A stretch of 38,654 bases of DNA, taken from contig JBBIIG010000021.1 of the NCBI GenBank assembly GCA_037446635.1, forward strand, positions 26,508 through 65,161, written 5' to 3'. This DNA is from a bacterium. Its GTDB lineage: Bacteria; Zhuqueibacterota; Zhuqueibacteria; Oceanimicrobiales; Oceanimicrobiaceae. Position 1 is the first letter of the stretch. Each line of letters starts with the position of its first letter. The notes beneath the pieces are model-generated. The model worked only from the letters and a program-made list of their open reading frames with translations. It did not search any database and had not been told where the DNA came from. Shown in pieces: positions 25,559 to 36,141 of this stretch. A program made the position numbers and the translations under genes.

Positions 25559-27448
25559 TTGACCCTCCACTGGCTCGATTTCGTGGTTATCATCGCCATG
25601 CTTGCCGCGGTCTTTGCCATCGCCGCATATTACTCCCGCGCCGCCGGCAAAAGCACGCAAGAGTTCTTCCTCTCCGGACGCAATCTCCCGTGGTACATCG
25701 CCGGCACCGCAATGGTGGCCACCACCTTCGCCGCGGACACGCCGCTCGCCGTCACTGAGCTGGTGGCGCGCAACGGCATCGCCGGCAACTGGCTGTGGTG
25801 GAACATGGCCATCGGTGGCATGCTCACGGTTTTCTTTTTCGCGAAACTCTGGCGCCGCGCCGGCATCATGACCGACGTCGAATTCGTGGAGCTGCGCTAT
25901 GCCGGCAAAACCGCGGCGGTGCTGCGCGGCTTCCGCGCCCTCTACCTCGGACTCTTCGCCAACGCTATTGTCATGGGGTGGGTGCACAAAGCGATGGAGA
26001 AAATTTTCAAAGTCACGATCCCCGGCATCGATCCATTTTTGCTGGTCGTGATCGCCGGCGGATTGATTGCAATTTACGCCGCAGCCTCCGGACTACTCGG
26101 CACCGCCCGCACCGATAGCTTCCAATTTGTATTCGCGATGCTCGGCTGCATTGTGCTCGCGATCATCGTCGTGCGGCTGCCGGAAGTCGGCGGCCTCAGC
26201 GGCATGACGCAAAAGCTCTCGCCGCAAGTGGTGAATTTCTTCCCGCGCATCGGCGAAGTGACGGCCGTGGGCATCACTGGCGGCGCGCTTAGTTTGACGG
26301 TCGGCGCGTTCATGGCGTACATCGGCTTGCAGTGGTGGTCGAGCTGGTACCCGGGTGCGGATCCGGGCGGCGGCGGTTACATCGCACAAAGAATGATGGC
26401 CTGTAAAGATGAAAAAAACAGCCTCTTCGCTACCCTCTGGTTCAACATTGCGCACTACACACTGCGCCCGTGGCCGTGGATTCTGGTGGCGCTTTCGGCG
26501 CTGATTATCTTGCCGCGCGCGGAAAACCCCGCGGCGCTACAAGCTGAAAATCCCGCCTTTTACGAACAGGCCGCGCAGGTTTTCAAAAACCCGGCGCTGC
26601 TCAATTCCGATGGCGACATTTTTCAATCAAAAGAGTTTTTAGATTTTTACGAGAAGTATGAAAACACCGTCGACCCCGGCGTACTCTATCCGAAATTGAT
26701 GCTGCGCTATCTCCCGCCCGGACTGCTGGGACTTTTGATCGCCGTGTTCCTCGCGGCCTACATGTCCACCATCGCGTCGCAAATTAGTTGGGGAACGTCG
26801 TATCTCATCAACGATTTTTATCGCCGCTTCATCAAAAGAGACGCGGACGAAAAACACTACGTTTTGATCTCCCGCCTCGGCATTGCGCTGATGGTGATCG
26901 TCTCGCTGGTGGTCGCCAATTTTTTGACGACGATCTCCGGCGCGTGGGAATTCATCATCAACGCCAGTGCCGGCATGGGCGCGGTGTTGATCCTGCGCTG
27001 GTTCTGGTGGCGCATCAACGCCTGGTCGGAAATCGCGGCGATGATTGCGCCGCTGATCATTTATCCGCTGGCGAAATCCTACGGGCTGCAAGCGCCCATC
27101 ACGCTTTACCCCGTAGTTTTGGGGACAACAGTAGTTTGGCTGGCGGCAACGTTCATTACGAAACCGGTGCCGCGCGAAGTGCTGCTGAAATTCTATCAAA
27201 AAGTTCACCCTGGTGGAGTCGGCTGGAAGGCCATTGCGCAACAACTGCCCGGCGTGCCGGGCGACTCCGGTTTTGGACGATTGTTCGTGAGCTGGCTGTG
27301 CGGCGTGGCGCTCATTTACAGCGCGCTGTTTGGGATTGGCAAAGTACTTTTCGGAGAATTTTTGTCCGCCCTGCTTTTCTTCGCGATCGCGGCGGCGGCG
27401 GTGTTCGTCATTCAAAAAAATTTGCAAAAGATCAATTTGATAAAATAG
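25559..27448 (+). CDS. Sodium:solute symporter (SSS family), probably for an amino sugar
   Basis: FFLSGRNLPW, ATTFAADTP, YIAQRMMAC and AAYMST. TTG start with AAGGAGGT RBS. The substrate is inferred from gene context. Confidence 0.9.
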   Translation: MTLHWLDFVVIIAMLAAVFAIAAYYSRAAGKSTQEFFLSGRNLPWYIAGTAMVATTFAADTPLAVTELVARNGIAGNWLWWNMAIGGMLTVFFFAKLWRRAGIMTDVEFVELRYAGKTAAVLRGFRALYLGLFANAIVMGWVHKAMEKIFKVTIPGIDPFLLVVIAGGLIAIYAAASGLLGTARTDSFQFVFAMLGCIVLAIIVVRLPEVGGLSGMTQKLSPQVVNFFPRIGEVTAVGITGGALSLTVGAFMAYIGLQWWSSWYPGADPGGGGYIAQRMMACKDEKNSLFATLWFNIAHYTLRPWPWILVALSALIILPRAENPAALQAENPAFYEQAAQVFKNPALLNSDGDIFQSKEFLDFYEKYENTVDPGVLYPKLMLRYLPPGLLGLLIAVFLAAYMSTIASQISWGTSYLINDFYRRFIKRDADEKHYVLISRLGIALMVIVSLVVANFLTTISGAWEFIINASAGMGAVLILRWFWWRINAWSEIAAMIAPLIIYPLAKSYGLQAPITLYPVVLGTTVVWLAATFITKPVPREVLLKFYQKVHPGGVGWKAIAQQLPGVPGDSGFGRLFVSWLCGVALIYSALFGIGKVLFGEFLSALLFFAIAAAAVFVIQKNLQKINLIK

Positions 27449-27463
27449 CGAAAAACCGGGGTG

Positions 27464-27480
27464 TCAAGCTTTTAGCTTGA
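27464..27480. repeat. Small intergenic hairpin
   Basis: TCAAGCT-TTT-AGCTTGA, flanked by GGGGTG ... CACTCC. Confidence 0.4.
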
Positions 27481-27535
27481 TCGATCTTGAAGTTTAGCAC
27501 TCCTAAGTTTTTCGCAATCCTATTGAGAGGCACGC

Positions 27536-29614
27536 ATGATTAACAAATCTCGTCTGCGAATCAACTTTGTCCCGACACTTTTCATCGCTCTGTTATTTGC
27601 AAGAGTCTCGTCAGCCCAACCGGATCTGATGCCCTTGCCGGCCAGCCTCGAATGGCAAGAGGGCAAATTCCGGCTCGCTGAAAATTTTAAAATCGCCGTA
27701 ACTGGCGCTGCGGACGATCGCCTTTACGCCGGCGCCACGCGCGCGCTGCGCCGCCTCGCTGGACGTACCGGACTTTTTCTACCGCAGGATTTCATCCGCC
27801 GTGATGTCAAAGTTGATTCCGCCGGACTAATCATTAATTGTGAGCGCCCCGGTCAAATGAAATTGGGCGAAGACGAAACGTACGCGCTGATTGTCTCACC
27901 AACGCAAATCAATTTAAATGCGAAAACCGATCTCGGCGCGCTGCGCGGACTCGAAACCTTTTTGCAATTGCTTTCGGTGGATGAGCAGGGCTACTATTTT
28001 CCCGCGGTGAAAATCGCTGACGGTCCGCGTTTCCCGTGGCGCGGATTGATGATCGACGCCTCCCGCCACTTTATGCCGGTGGAGGTGATCAAGCGCAATC
28101 TCGATGGCATGGCCGCAGTCAAACTCAACGTGCTGCACTGGCACCTGAGCGACGATCAGGGTTTCCGCGTCGAAAGCAAAGTGTGGCCGAAATTGCACGA
28201 GATCGGATCGGACGGCCTATACTACACACAAGCGCAAATCAAAGAAGTCATCGAGTACGCGGCGGAGCGCGGCATTCGGGTGGTGCCGGAATTTGATGTT
28301 CCCGGACACGCCACTTCGTGGGTCGCGGCGTATCCGGAACTGGGCAGCGCGCCGGGGCCATATCAAGTCGAACGCCAGTGGGGCATCTTTTATCCGGTGC
28401 TCAATCCCGTCAACGATTTCACCTACAAATTTCTCGATAAATTTTTTGGCGAAATGGCGGAGCTGTTTCCCGATCCCTATTTCCACATCGGCGGCGATGA
28501 AATCGAACACGGCGATTACCACGAGGCCAAACACTGGAACGAGAATCCGGAAATTCAGGAGTTCAAAAAGAAAAAAAACATCAAAGACAATTTCGCGCTG
28601 CAAGCGTACTTCAACAGCCACGTTTTGAAAATTCTCACCAGGCACAAAAAAATCATGGTGGGCTGGGACGAAATCCTGCACGAGTCGATGCCCACCAACA
28701 TCGTCATCCAGTCGTGGCGCGGACGAGATGCGATGGTGAAGGCAGCGCAGGCGGGGTATCAGAGCATTCTTTCCAACGGCTACTACATCGATTTGATCCA
28801 GCCGACGGACTTTCATTATCTCAACGATCCGCTGCCGGCCGACACCCAGCTGACGCCGGAGCAGCAGCAAAAAATTCTCGGCGGCGAAGCCACCATGTGG
28901 GCAGAGTACGTGAGTCCAGAAACGGTCGATTCGCGCATCTGGCCGCGCACCGCGGCGATCGCCGAGCGCTTCTGGTCGCCGCGTGATGTGAACGATGTCG
29001 ATGGCATGTATCGCCGGCTGGAGACCATCAGTTTCCAATTGGAGGAACACGGACTCATGCACGAGAAAAATTACGCGATGATGCTGCGCCGGCTCACCCG
29101 CAATCATGATATCACCGCGCTGAAGAATTTCGTCGATGTCATCGAGCCGGTGAAAATTTACAATCGCGGTCGCCTTAAACCGCACGTGCAGCACTCGCCG
29201 CTGACGCGCGTGGTGGACGCCGCGCGCCCGGATGCAAAGGTCGCGCGCGAATTCCGCCGTGACGTGGACGCTTTTCTCGGCGCGGGCGGGGATCACAGCG
29301 ATCTCTCCGCCGCCATGCGCAGCCGGCTGGAATTGTGGCAGCGCAATCACGGCGAGGTGAAAAAGATCATCGTGCTCTCGCCGGTGCTGGCGGAGATCGA
29401 AACGCTGTCCGAAGACTTGATGAAAATTTCAGAAATTGGATTGCAGGCGTTGGATAGGATCGCAGCCGGCCAAAAAGCAGATCAAGCATGGCTTGATCAA
29501 TCCAAGTCAATTTTAGAGAAAGCCAAAGAGCCGCGCGGACAAACGGAATTAATGGTGGTTTCAGCGATTGAAAAAATGGTCGAGGAGGCGGGTAAGCTTG
29601 GAGGCGGGAGATAA
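27536..29614 (+). CDS. GH20 beta-N-acetylhexosaminidase, exported
   Basis: Signal peptide, then PRFPWRGLMIDASRHF, LHWHLSDDQG, PEFDVPGH, HIGGDE (catalytic DE), GGEATMWAE and IWPR. Confidence 0.95.
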   Translation: MINKSRLRINFVPTLFIALLFARVSSAQPDLMPLPASLEWQEGKFRLAENFKIAVTGAADDRLYAGATRALRRLAGRTGLFLPQDFIRRDVKVDSAGLIINCERPGQMKLGEDETYALIVSPTQINLNAKTDLGALRGLETFLQLLSVDEQGYYFPAVKIADGPRFPWRGLMIDASRHFMPVEVIKRNLDGMAAVKLNVLHWHLSDDQGFRVESKVWPKLHEIGSDGLYYTQAQIKEVIEYAAERGIRVVPEFDVPGHATSWVAAYPELGSAPGPYQVERQWGIFYPVLNPVNDFTYKFLDKFFGEMAELFPDPYFHIGGDEIEHGDYHEAKHWNENPEIQEFKKKKNIKDNFALQAYFNSHVLKILTRHKKIMVGWDEILHESMPTNIVIQSWRGRDAMVKAAQAGYQSILSNGYYIDLIQPTDFHYLNDPLPADTQLTPEQQQKILGGEATMWAEYVSPETVDSRIWPRTAAIAERFWSPRDVNDVDGMYRRLETISFQLEEHGLMHEKNYAMMLRRLTRNHDITALKNFVDVIEPVKIYNRGRLKPHVQHSPLTRVVDAARPDAKVAREFRRDVDAFLGAGGDHSDLSAAMRSRLELWQRNHGEVKKIIVLSPVLAEIETLSEDLMKISEIGLQALDRIAAGQKADQAWLDQSKSILEKAKEPRGQTELMVVSAIEKMVEEAGKLGGGR

Positions 29615-29618
29615 GCTA

Positions 29619-29650
29619 AACTCTGTCAGGGTTAAGACCCTGACAGAGTT
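29619..29650. terminator. Perfect 14-bp stem hairpin (terminator, mRNA stabiliser or REP-like)
   Basis: AACTCTGTCAGGGT-TAAG-ACCCTGACAGAGTT directly after the GH20 stop. Only a short T-tract follows. Confidence 0.55.
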
Positions 29651-29724
29651 GGCTTTGGTGCGAATCGAACAATAAACTCCATCATCTAAATTTAGTTTAG
29701 TCCTTTTCAAAAAAAAGGAGAGCA

Positions 29725-32700
29725 ATGATGAAACTCGGAAAAATCGCCTTGACAGCGATGAGCGTCCTGCTTTCATTGGTTGTCGCCGCCACGTCAGTGC
29801 AGGCCGGCACCAAAGGCAAAATCGCCGGCAAGATTTCCAGCAAGCAAACCGGTGAAGCGTTACCAGGGGCCAACGTTTTCATAGTCGGAACCACGTATGG
29901 CGCCGCCAGCGATTTGAACGGCTTATTCACCATTCTTAACGTTCCGCCGGGCGTGTACTCGCTGCAGGCGTCGGTGCTCGGCTATGCGACGGTAACGGTC
30001 AACGGCGTGAGTGTTCACATCGATCAAACCTCTACGGTGGATTTCGAGCTGCCGGAAGAGGCCATCACAGGCGCGGAGGTGACGGTGATCGCGGAGAAAC
30101 CGCTGGTGGAAAGAGATGTGTCGGCCAGCGTTACCGCGCTTTCTCCGGCGGAAGTGAATGACCTGCCGCGCATCACGGTGACGGATGTGGTTCAGCTTCA
30201 GGCCGGCGTCGAAGAAAATTTGACCATCCGCGGCGGCGGCGCCGACGAGGCGCTGTTTCTGGTGGATGGCTTCGCGCTGCGGGACGCCCGCAACAATCAA
30301 CCCATCACCGGCATCCCCTTAAGCGCAATTCAGGAGATTTCGCTGGTGCGCGGCGGCTTTAACGCCGAGTACGGCCAGGTTCGCTCCGGCATCGTCAACG
30401 TGGTCACCCGCGAGGGCAGCCGGCAAAATTACACCGGTAATTTTACGGTTCGCTACAGCGACCCCAGCCGCAAACATTTCGATATTTCCCCCTATGATCC
30501 CAATTCCATGTGGCTGCGGCCGTATCTCGATCCGGAGGTGGCATTCGTTGGCACCGCCAACGGCCCGTGGGACAAGTATGATCAACGGCAATTCCCATCC
30601 TTCGAGGGGTGGAATGAATTTGCCCGCGCCCGCAACACCAACAACGACCCTAACGATGATATCACGCCGGCGCTGGCGCAGCAGGTGTTCCGCTGGCAGC
30701 ATCGCAAACAGGAAATCACCGACCAGCCGGACTATAACATCGACGCCGGCTTTGGCGGCCCCGTGCCAATCCTCGGTCCCAAGTTGGGCGATTTGCGATT
30801 CTTTGCAGCATTTAGAAATACCCGGGAAATGTTGGTGATTCCTCTCACGCGCGACGATTACTACGACTACGATTGGAACCTGCGGCTGACGTCAGATATC
30901 TCGCCCGCGATGAAGCTCAATCTCACCGGCGTCTTGGGAAAAAGTTTTAACATAGCGGTGAACGGCGGCGAGCAGGCCAACAGCACCGATTACATCCGCT
31001 CGCCAGTGGAGATTGCCAGCAATATCTCCACCCTGAATTTTCAGCCCAGCCGCATTTTCTCTGACTCCTACTACAGCCTCGCCGAGGTGCAACACCGCGG
31101 CATCTCCGCAGACCTGACACACGTGCTCGGCAAAAATACCTTTTATGATTTCCGGCTCGAATATTTTCAGCGCGACTATGAAACCGGGCCGCGAGAACTG
31201 CGCGACCCCACACAGTTTGAGCTGATCCCCGGCAGCGGAATTTTCGTCTCCGAAGCGCCCTTTGGCTGGAGCCCCAGCGCTGACGCCGGCGTTGGCGACC
31301 CCACCTTCCTGTTCGGCGGCCACACCAGCACCGCACGCGACAGCAGCAAAACTTCGCTGTTCAAAGTGAAGTTCGATCTCACCAGCCAGGTTAATTTTAA
31401 TAACCAAATCAAAACCGGTTTTGAATTCGTTTATAACACGCTCGATCTCGATTACGCCATTCTCAACATCCCGTTTCCGGAAGCCAACTTGTTCGTGGAT
31501 CAAAAATTCCACCCGCTGCTGGCATCCTTTTATCTGCAGGACAAGCTCGAGTTCAAAAGCCTGGTGGCGAATTTAGGAGTACGGTTGGACTACAGCAACG
31601 CCAACGCCGAATGGGTGCGCGCCAATCGCTTCGACGCCGACTTCTTCTCCGGCAGCTCCGACGGCAGCGACAAAGAACGCTCCGCCGAGGGCAAACTTTC
31701 GTTAAGCCCGCGCCTGGGAGTATCGCACCCCATCACCGATAAATCGAAGCTCTATTTCAACTACGGCCATTTCAAACAGCTTCCGACCTACGAACAAATC
31801 TTCGAGATCTCCCGCGCCCCCGGCGGGCAGATCAAACGCTTCGGCGACGTCAATCTCAATTTTGCCAAAACGGTTTCCTATGAACTGGGCTACGATCACG
31901 AATTGTTCGACAATTATCTCATCCAGCTTGCCGGGTTTTATCACGACATCACCGACCAGGTGGCCTACACCCAGCGCCGCGGCATCGATCCGGGCAGCGT
32001 GCAGGTCAGCGTTGCCACCAACGACAGCTACGAAGACATTCGCGGATTGGAGATCACCTTGCGCAAAGCGCGCGGCAAATGGTGGAGCGGATTTCTTACC
32101 TACACTTACCAGGTGACCACAGCCGGCCGCTTTGGCCGGGATGTGGAGGAAGAACGGCCGGACCTGCAGCGGCAGTTTGACCGCGACATCGGCAATTTTG
32201 CGCAAGAACGACCGCAGCCGCGCCCGCGCGCCAACCTGGTTTTGATGCTGCGCACTCCCCGCGATTTTGGGCCAACGATTTTAGGCGGGCGCTTTTTCAG
32301 TAATTGGAACGCCACGCTGCTCGGCGTCTGGCAGGCCGGTGATTATGAAACCTGGAATCCCAACCAGGCGGCGTTCGTCTCCGACAACCTGCAGCGCAAA
32401 AGTTTTTATAATCTGGATTTGCGTTTAACGAAACGGTTCGACTTGGGCCGGGTCAGCACAACCTTTCTAATGGATATCACCAACGTGCTCAACACGCGGC
32501 ATTTCTCATTTGCCAGCTTTTTCAACGCCTTCGACCGCATCAATTATTTCGAGTCCCTGCATCTGCCGCGCAGCAGCGCCTACAATAATATCGTCGGCGA
32601 CGACCGGCCCGGAGATTATCGCAAACCGGGCGTGCCGTTTCAGCCCATCGAGCAAGTCGCCAACATCAACGATCCGAATTTGAGGCCAGAGAGCAGGCCG

Positions 32701-32889
32701 TTCTATTATGAAACCAGTACCGGCCGTTATATGCAATTTGTCAACGGCGTCTGGCAAGAGGTGCCCGCCGATATTTTGAGAAAAGTATTGGATGACAAAG
32801 CCTATATCGACATGCCCAATCAAACGTCATTCACTTTTTTGAATCCTCGAAACATTTTCTTTGGAATTACGACCTCGTTTGAATTTTGA
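29725..32889 (+). CDS. TonB-dependent receptor-like outer membrane protein (N-terminal carboxypeptidase-regulatory-like domain + plug + barrel)
   Basis: Signal peptide, GKIAGKI..TGEALPGANV, IRGG, GGFNAEYG..RSGIVNVVT, SPRLGVSHPI and a terminal Phe. Confidence 0.92.
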   Translation: MMKLGKIALTAMSVLLSLVVAATSVQAGTKGKIAGKISSKQTGEALPGANVFIVGTTYGAASDLNGLFTILNVPPGVYSLQASVLGYATVTVNGVSVHIDQTSTVDFELPEEAITGAEVTVIAEKPLVERDVSASVTALSPAEVNDLPRITVTDVVQLQAGVEENLTIRGGGADEALFLVDGFALRDARNNQPITGIPLSAIQEISLVRGGFNAEYGQVRSGIVNVVTREGSRQNYTGNFTVRYSDPSRKHFDISPYDPNSMWLRPYLDPEVAFVGTANGPWDKYDQRQFPSFEGWNEFARARNTNNDPNDDITPALAQQVFRWQHRKQEITDQPDYNIDAGFGGPVPILGPKLGDLRFFAAFRNTREMLVIPLTRDDYYDYDWNLRLTSDISPAMKLNLTGVLGKSFNIAVNGGEQANSTDYIRSPVEIASNISTLNFQPSRIFSDSYYSLAEVQHRGISADLTHVLGKNTFYDFRLEYFQRDYETGPRELRDPTQFELIPGSGIFVSEAPFGWSPSADAGVGDPTFLFGGHTSTARDSSKTSLFKVKFDLTSQVNFNNQIKTGFEFVYNTLDLDYAILNIPFPEANLFVDQKFHPLLASFYLQDKLEFKSLVANLGVRLDYSNANAEWVRANRFDADFFSGSSDGSDKERSAEGKLSLSPRLGVSHPITDKSKLYFNYGHFKQLPTYEQIFEISRAPGGQIKRFGDVNLNFAKTVSYELGYDHELFDNYLIQLAGFYHDITDQVAYTQRRGIDPGSVQVSVATNDSYEDIRGLEITLRKARGKWWSGFLTYTYQVTTAGRFGRDVEEERPDLQRQFDRDIGNFAQERPQPRPRANLVLMLRTPRDFGPTILGGRFFSNWNATLLGVWQAGDYETWNPNQAAFVSDNLQRKSFYNLDLRLTKRFDLGRVSTTFLMDITNVLNTRHFSFASFFNAFDRINYFESLHLPRSSAYNNIVGDDRPGDYRKPGVPFQPIEQVANINDPNLRPESRPFYYETSTGRYMQFVNGVWQEVPADILRKVLDDKAYIDMPNQTSFTFLNPRNIFFGITTSFEF

Positions 32890-32925
32890 AATCGCGAATT
32901 TTAACTATCTACTAGAGAGGGAAAA

Positions 32926-35067
32926 ATGAGATGCAAAAAGGCGCTTTTAAATGCGAAGCTCGGCGTCGCGATAGCCATTTTTTTGGGAATCCTGGCCGGC
33001 AACCATCCGGCTTTTGCCCAGGCCCAGAGAATCAAATGGCTGCGAGTTGGCGCTCTTCATAGCTGGTACTCCAATTGGGGCGCAGAAATCGAGCTGGGGC
33101 GCGTGCCGGGTGATTTAACCCTGCAGCAGGATGGCTTGCGCTGGCCCGCCGATTTTCTGTATCAGGACACCGAAGTCGCCAAAGCGATGTGGTTAGGCGC
33201 CGTCGATTATTTCGATCCGCGCGTGAATCAAACTTTTCCACACAAAGTGATCGGAGTCGGACCACGCCAAATCAACGTCGATATTTTTGGCGAAACCTTC
33301 CCGCAGGATTTCCGCATGGTGGGCCGCTTTCGCTCCCCCACGGTGCTGGTGGATGACAACGTCGGCTCCATCAACACCTTTGACGACATCGTCGATGAAG
33401 TCGATCCAGGGCTGCTGGCCGACCGGGTGATTTTCAACACCGTGCACACGGCGATTGGCGTCACCGTCAGCCGCAAATTAATGGCGTTTGCGCAACAGAA
33501 CCACGACAACTATTTCATCTACGAATACGTGTTCAAGAACACCGGCATCATCGATAATCAAGGTACCGTGGATACGAAAACCATTAACGGCTTCATCGCC
33601 CAATTTCAGTACCGTTACGCCGCCGGCAAAGAGGCCTTTCAACTGGGGTGGGCGCCCACCAATAATATCACCTGGGGCCGAAACACGGTGCATGAAGTGG
33701 TGGGACAAGATCCCAACGCGGCAAATTTTGAATTTCGCGCGCTATACTCGTTTTACGGCCCGCACTCTTTGAGCCCGGTGGATTCCTGGGGAGCGCCGAA
33801 CCCCAACGATGGCCGGCTGGGCGCCGTGCAATTTATGGGGGTGGTGGTGCTGCACGCCGACAAATCGGCGACCGACAAATCCGACGACCCTTTCCAACCC
33901 ACCACCACCATGTATTTAAGTGCGGACCGCGGCGAATACCCGGGCTCGACCACCAATTTTCTCGGCCCTTCTTCCAATCAATTTAACGCCGCCCTCATGA
34001 GCGCAAAATACGGCGCGATGTCGGCCGGCCACCCGGCCCGCACGCACGCGCAGGAGATTGCAAACGGGTTTGCCGACACCTTTGGCAATGATCTCGGCGG
34101 CTTCCAGCAAACTCAGGGGTTTGGGCCGTACGATTTGGCGCCGGGCGACAGCATTCGCATCGTGGTGGCGGAAGCCGTTGCGGGTATCAGCCGGCAAAAA
34201 AGCCTCGAAGTTGGCCGCACCTGGTTTGAAAACACCGGCCCGTTCGTTTTGCCGGACGGCAGCGCCGCCTCCAACCGCGACGAATATAAACGGCTGTGGG
34301 TGCAGACCGGCAGAGATTCGCTATTTCAGACGTTCCGGCGCGCCATCGCCAATTTCAAAAGCAATTACAACATTCCCAAACCGCCGCCGCCGCCCAATGT
34401 TTTTGAAGTACGCTCCGGCGGCGATCGCATTGTTTTGACCTGGTCGGACAACGCCGAATCGTTCCCCAACTTTCAGGGCTACCGCATCTATCGCGCCGAG
34501 GCCCGGCCCGACACCTTCTACACCCAAATTTTTGAGACCCGAGTTCCGAACATCGTCAATCGCTACGACGACACCACGGCGCGGCGCGGCTTCAACTACT
34601 ACTACTACATTGAAAGCTTCGACGACGGCTCGACCAACGACGTCCATCCCAATACGCCGCTGGCCAGCAGCCGCTTTTTCACCATGACCAGCGAGCCGGC
34701 GTTTTTGCGCCGGCCGGCCGAAACCAGCCTGGCGCGGATCCGCATCGTGCCGAATCCGTTTCATCTGCGCGCGCTGGATTTGCAGTTCGGCCGCCTCGAA
34801 CAGGGGCGGATTTCGTTCTTCGGCCTGCCGCCGGAATGCATCATCAAAATTTACACGGAACGCGGCGACTTGATTGCGACCCTCGATCACAACAACGGCA
34901 CCGGCGACGAATTGTGGAACTCCGTCACCTCCTCCGGTCAGATCATCGTCAGCGGCGTTTACATCGCCTATTTCGAGGTGCCGCGTGATTTACACGATCT
35001 GGAAACCGGCGAGCTGCTGTTTAGAAAGGGCGAACATACCTTCCGCAAATTCATCGTCATCCGGTGA
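32926..35067 (+). CDS. Secreted protein with FN3-like region and C-terminal T9SS-CTD/FlgD-Ig-like domain
   Basis: Signal peptide, PKPPPPP..I.LTW..FQGYRIYR, and C-terminal IVPNPF..IKIYT..G.LI..W....GQ...SGVY...KFIVIR. Confidence 0.75.
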   Translation: MRCKKALLNAKLGVAIAIFLGILAGNHPAFAQAQRIKWLRVGALHSWYSNWGAEIELGRVPGDLTLQQDGLRWPADFLYQDTEVAKAMWLGAVDYFDPRVNQTFPHKVIGVGPRQINVDIFGETFPQDFRMVGRFRSPTVLVDDNVGSINTFDDIVDEVDPGLLADRVIFNTVHTAIGVTVSRKLMAFAQQNHDNYFIYEYVFKNTGIIDNQGTVDTKTINGFIAQFQYRYAAGKEAFQLGWAPTNNITWGRNTVHEVVGQDPNAANFEFRALYSFYGPHSLSPVDSWGAPNPNDGRLGAVQFMGVVVLHADKSATDKSDDPFQPTTTMYLSADRGEYPGSTTNFLGPSSNQFNAALMSAKYGAMSAGHPARTHAQEIANGFADTFGNDLGGFQQTQGFGPYDLAPGDSIRIVVAEAVAGISRQKSLEVGRTWFENTGPFVLPDGSAASNRDEYKRLWVQTGRDSLFQTFRRAIANFKSNYNIPKPPPPPNVFEVRSGGDRIVLTWSDNAESFPNFQGYRIYRAEARPDTFYTQIFETRVPNIVNRYDDTTARRGFNYYYYIESFDDGSTNDVHPNTPLASSRFFTMTSEPAFLRRPAETSLARIRIVPNPFHLRALDLQFGRLEQGRISFFGLPPECIIKIYTERGDLIATLDHNNGTGDELWNSVTSSGQIIVSGVYIAYFEVPRDLHDLETGELLFRKGEHTFRKFIVIR

Positions 35068-35103
35068 CGCCCTTATTTTGAATATCTAAGGTGGAGACCA
35101 AAC

Positions 35104-36111
35104 ATGAAAAAACGCGACCTACTCATATTCGCGGCGCTGATAATGGCCGCCAGCCTCGCGCAGCCGGCGGCGGCCCAGGAAAAATTGGCGCAAACCGGTT
35201 TGCAGTTTCTCAGCGTCATCTCGGACGCCCGCGCCGCGGCGTTGGCCGGCACGATGACCGGCTTGGAAGCCAACTCCAGCGCCATGTTTTTTAATCCCGC
35301 TACCATGGCCCTGGGCGCGCATTTTCTCGACGTCAGCTTCAGCTACAACCAATGGATCGCCGACATCAACCACAATACCTTCAGCCTCTCCCTGCAGCCG
35401 GCGAACGGGAAATTCGGCGTCTTCGGCGTCAGCGTGCAAGCCGTCGATTACGGCGAAATTTTTGGGACGATGGTGGCAAACAACGAACAGGGGTATATCG
35501 AAACCGGCAACGTCTCGACCTCCGCTTTCGCCGCTGGCCTCGGTTACGCCAAAATGCTCTCCGATCGCTTCGGCGTCGGCGGCCAGGTGCGCTGGGCGCG
35601 GCAGCATCTCGGAGATAACTTCATCCCTATCGATATCTCGCCAACCGACACCACCGTCACCAGCGTCAAAAACGAGCTCAAAGTCCTGTCGTTTGACTTC
35701 GGCACCATCTACAAAACCGGCCTCAAAAGTCTGACGTTCGGCTTCAACCTCCGAAATTTTTCGGAGGAGGTGGAATTTGCGGAAGAAAGCTTTCAACTGC
35801 CGCTGGTCTTTTCGCTGGGCGCTTCCATCGACCTCATCGATTTAACCCGGCTGAACAACCGGACTCATTCGCTGCTGCTGGCGGTGCAGGCCACCAATGA
35901 ACGCGCGCACGCCGAGCAGGTGAGCTTCGGCCTGGAATACAAATTCATGAACGTGCTGATGCTGCGCGGGGGTTACATCACCAACAACGATGAGGACGAC
36001 GTGAGCTTCGGTTTCGGCGTTACCAGCTTCGGCTTGCAGGTGGATTATGCCTATACCCCGTTTGGCGTCTTTGATAAGGTGCAGCGAGTAACCGTTCGTT
36101 TTTCAAAGTGA
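35104..36111 (+). CDS. PorV/PorQ-family outer-membrane beta-barrel
   Basis: QFLSV..ARAAALAG, FFNPA, alternating beta-strands, LRGGY and VDYAYTPFGVF. Confidence 0.85.
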   Translation: MKKRDLLIFAALIMAASLAQPAAAQEKLAQTGLQFLSVISDARAAALAGTMTGLEANSSAMFFNPATMALGAHFLDVSFSYNQWIADINHNTFSLSLQPANGKFGVFGVSVQAVDYGEIFGTMVANNEQGYIETGNVSTSAFAAGLGYAKMLSDRFGVGGQVRWARQHLGDNFIPIDISPTDTTVTSVKNELKVLSFDFGTIYKTGLKSLTFGFNLRNFSEEVEFAEESFQLPLVFSLGASIDLIDLTRLNNRTHSLLLAVQATNERAHAEQVSFGLEYKFMNVLMLRGGYITNNDEDDVSFGFGVTSFGLQVDYAYTPFGVFDKVQRVTVRFSK

Positions 36112-36141
36112 CTAGGAAATTCAAATTTTGGAGATAGCCCC

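Noticed and set aside
24048..29350. 432-, 262- and 377-aa minus-strand ORFs
   Set aside because: Fully antisense to nagB, the SSS gene and GH20. Their composition is that of reverse-complement codons.
29725..35067. susC/susD pair
   Set aside because: The receptor lacks SusC signature motifs, and the next gene has no lipobox or SusD features.
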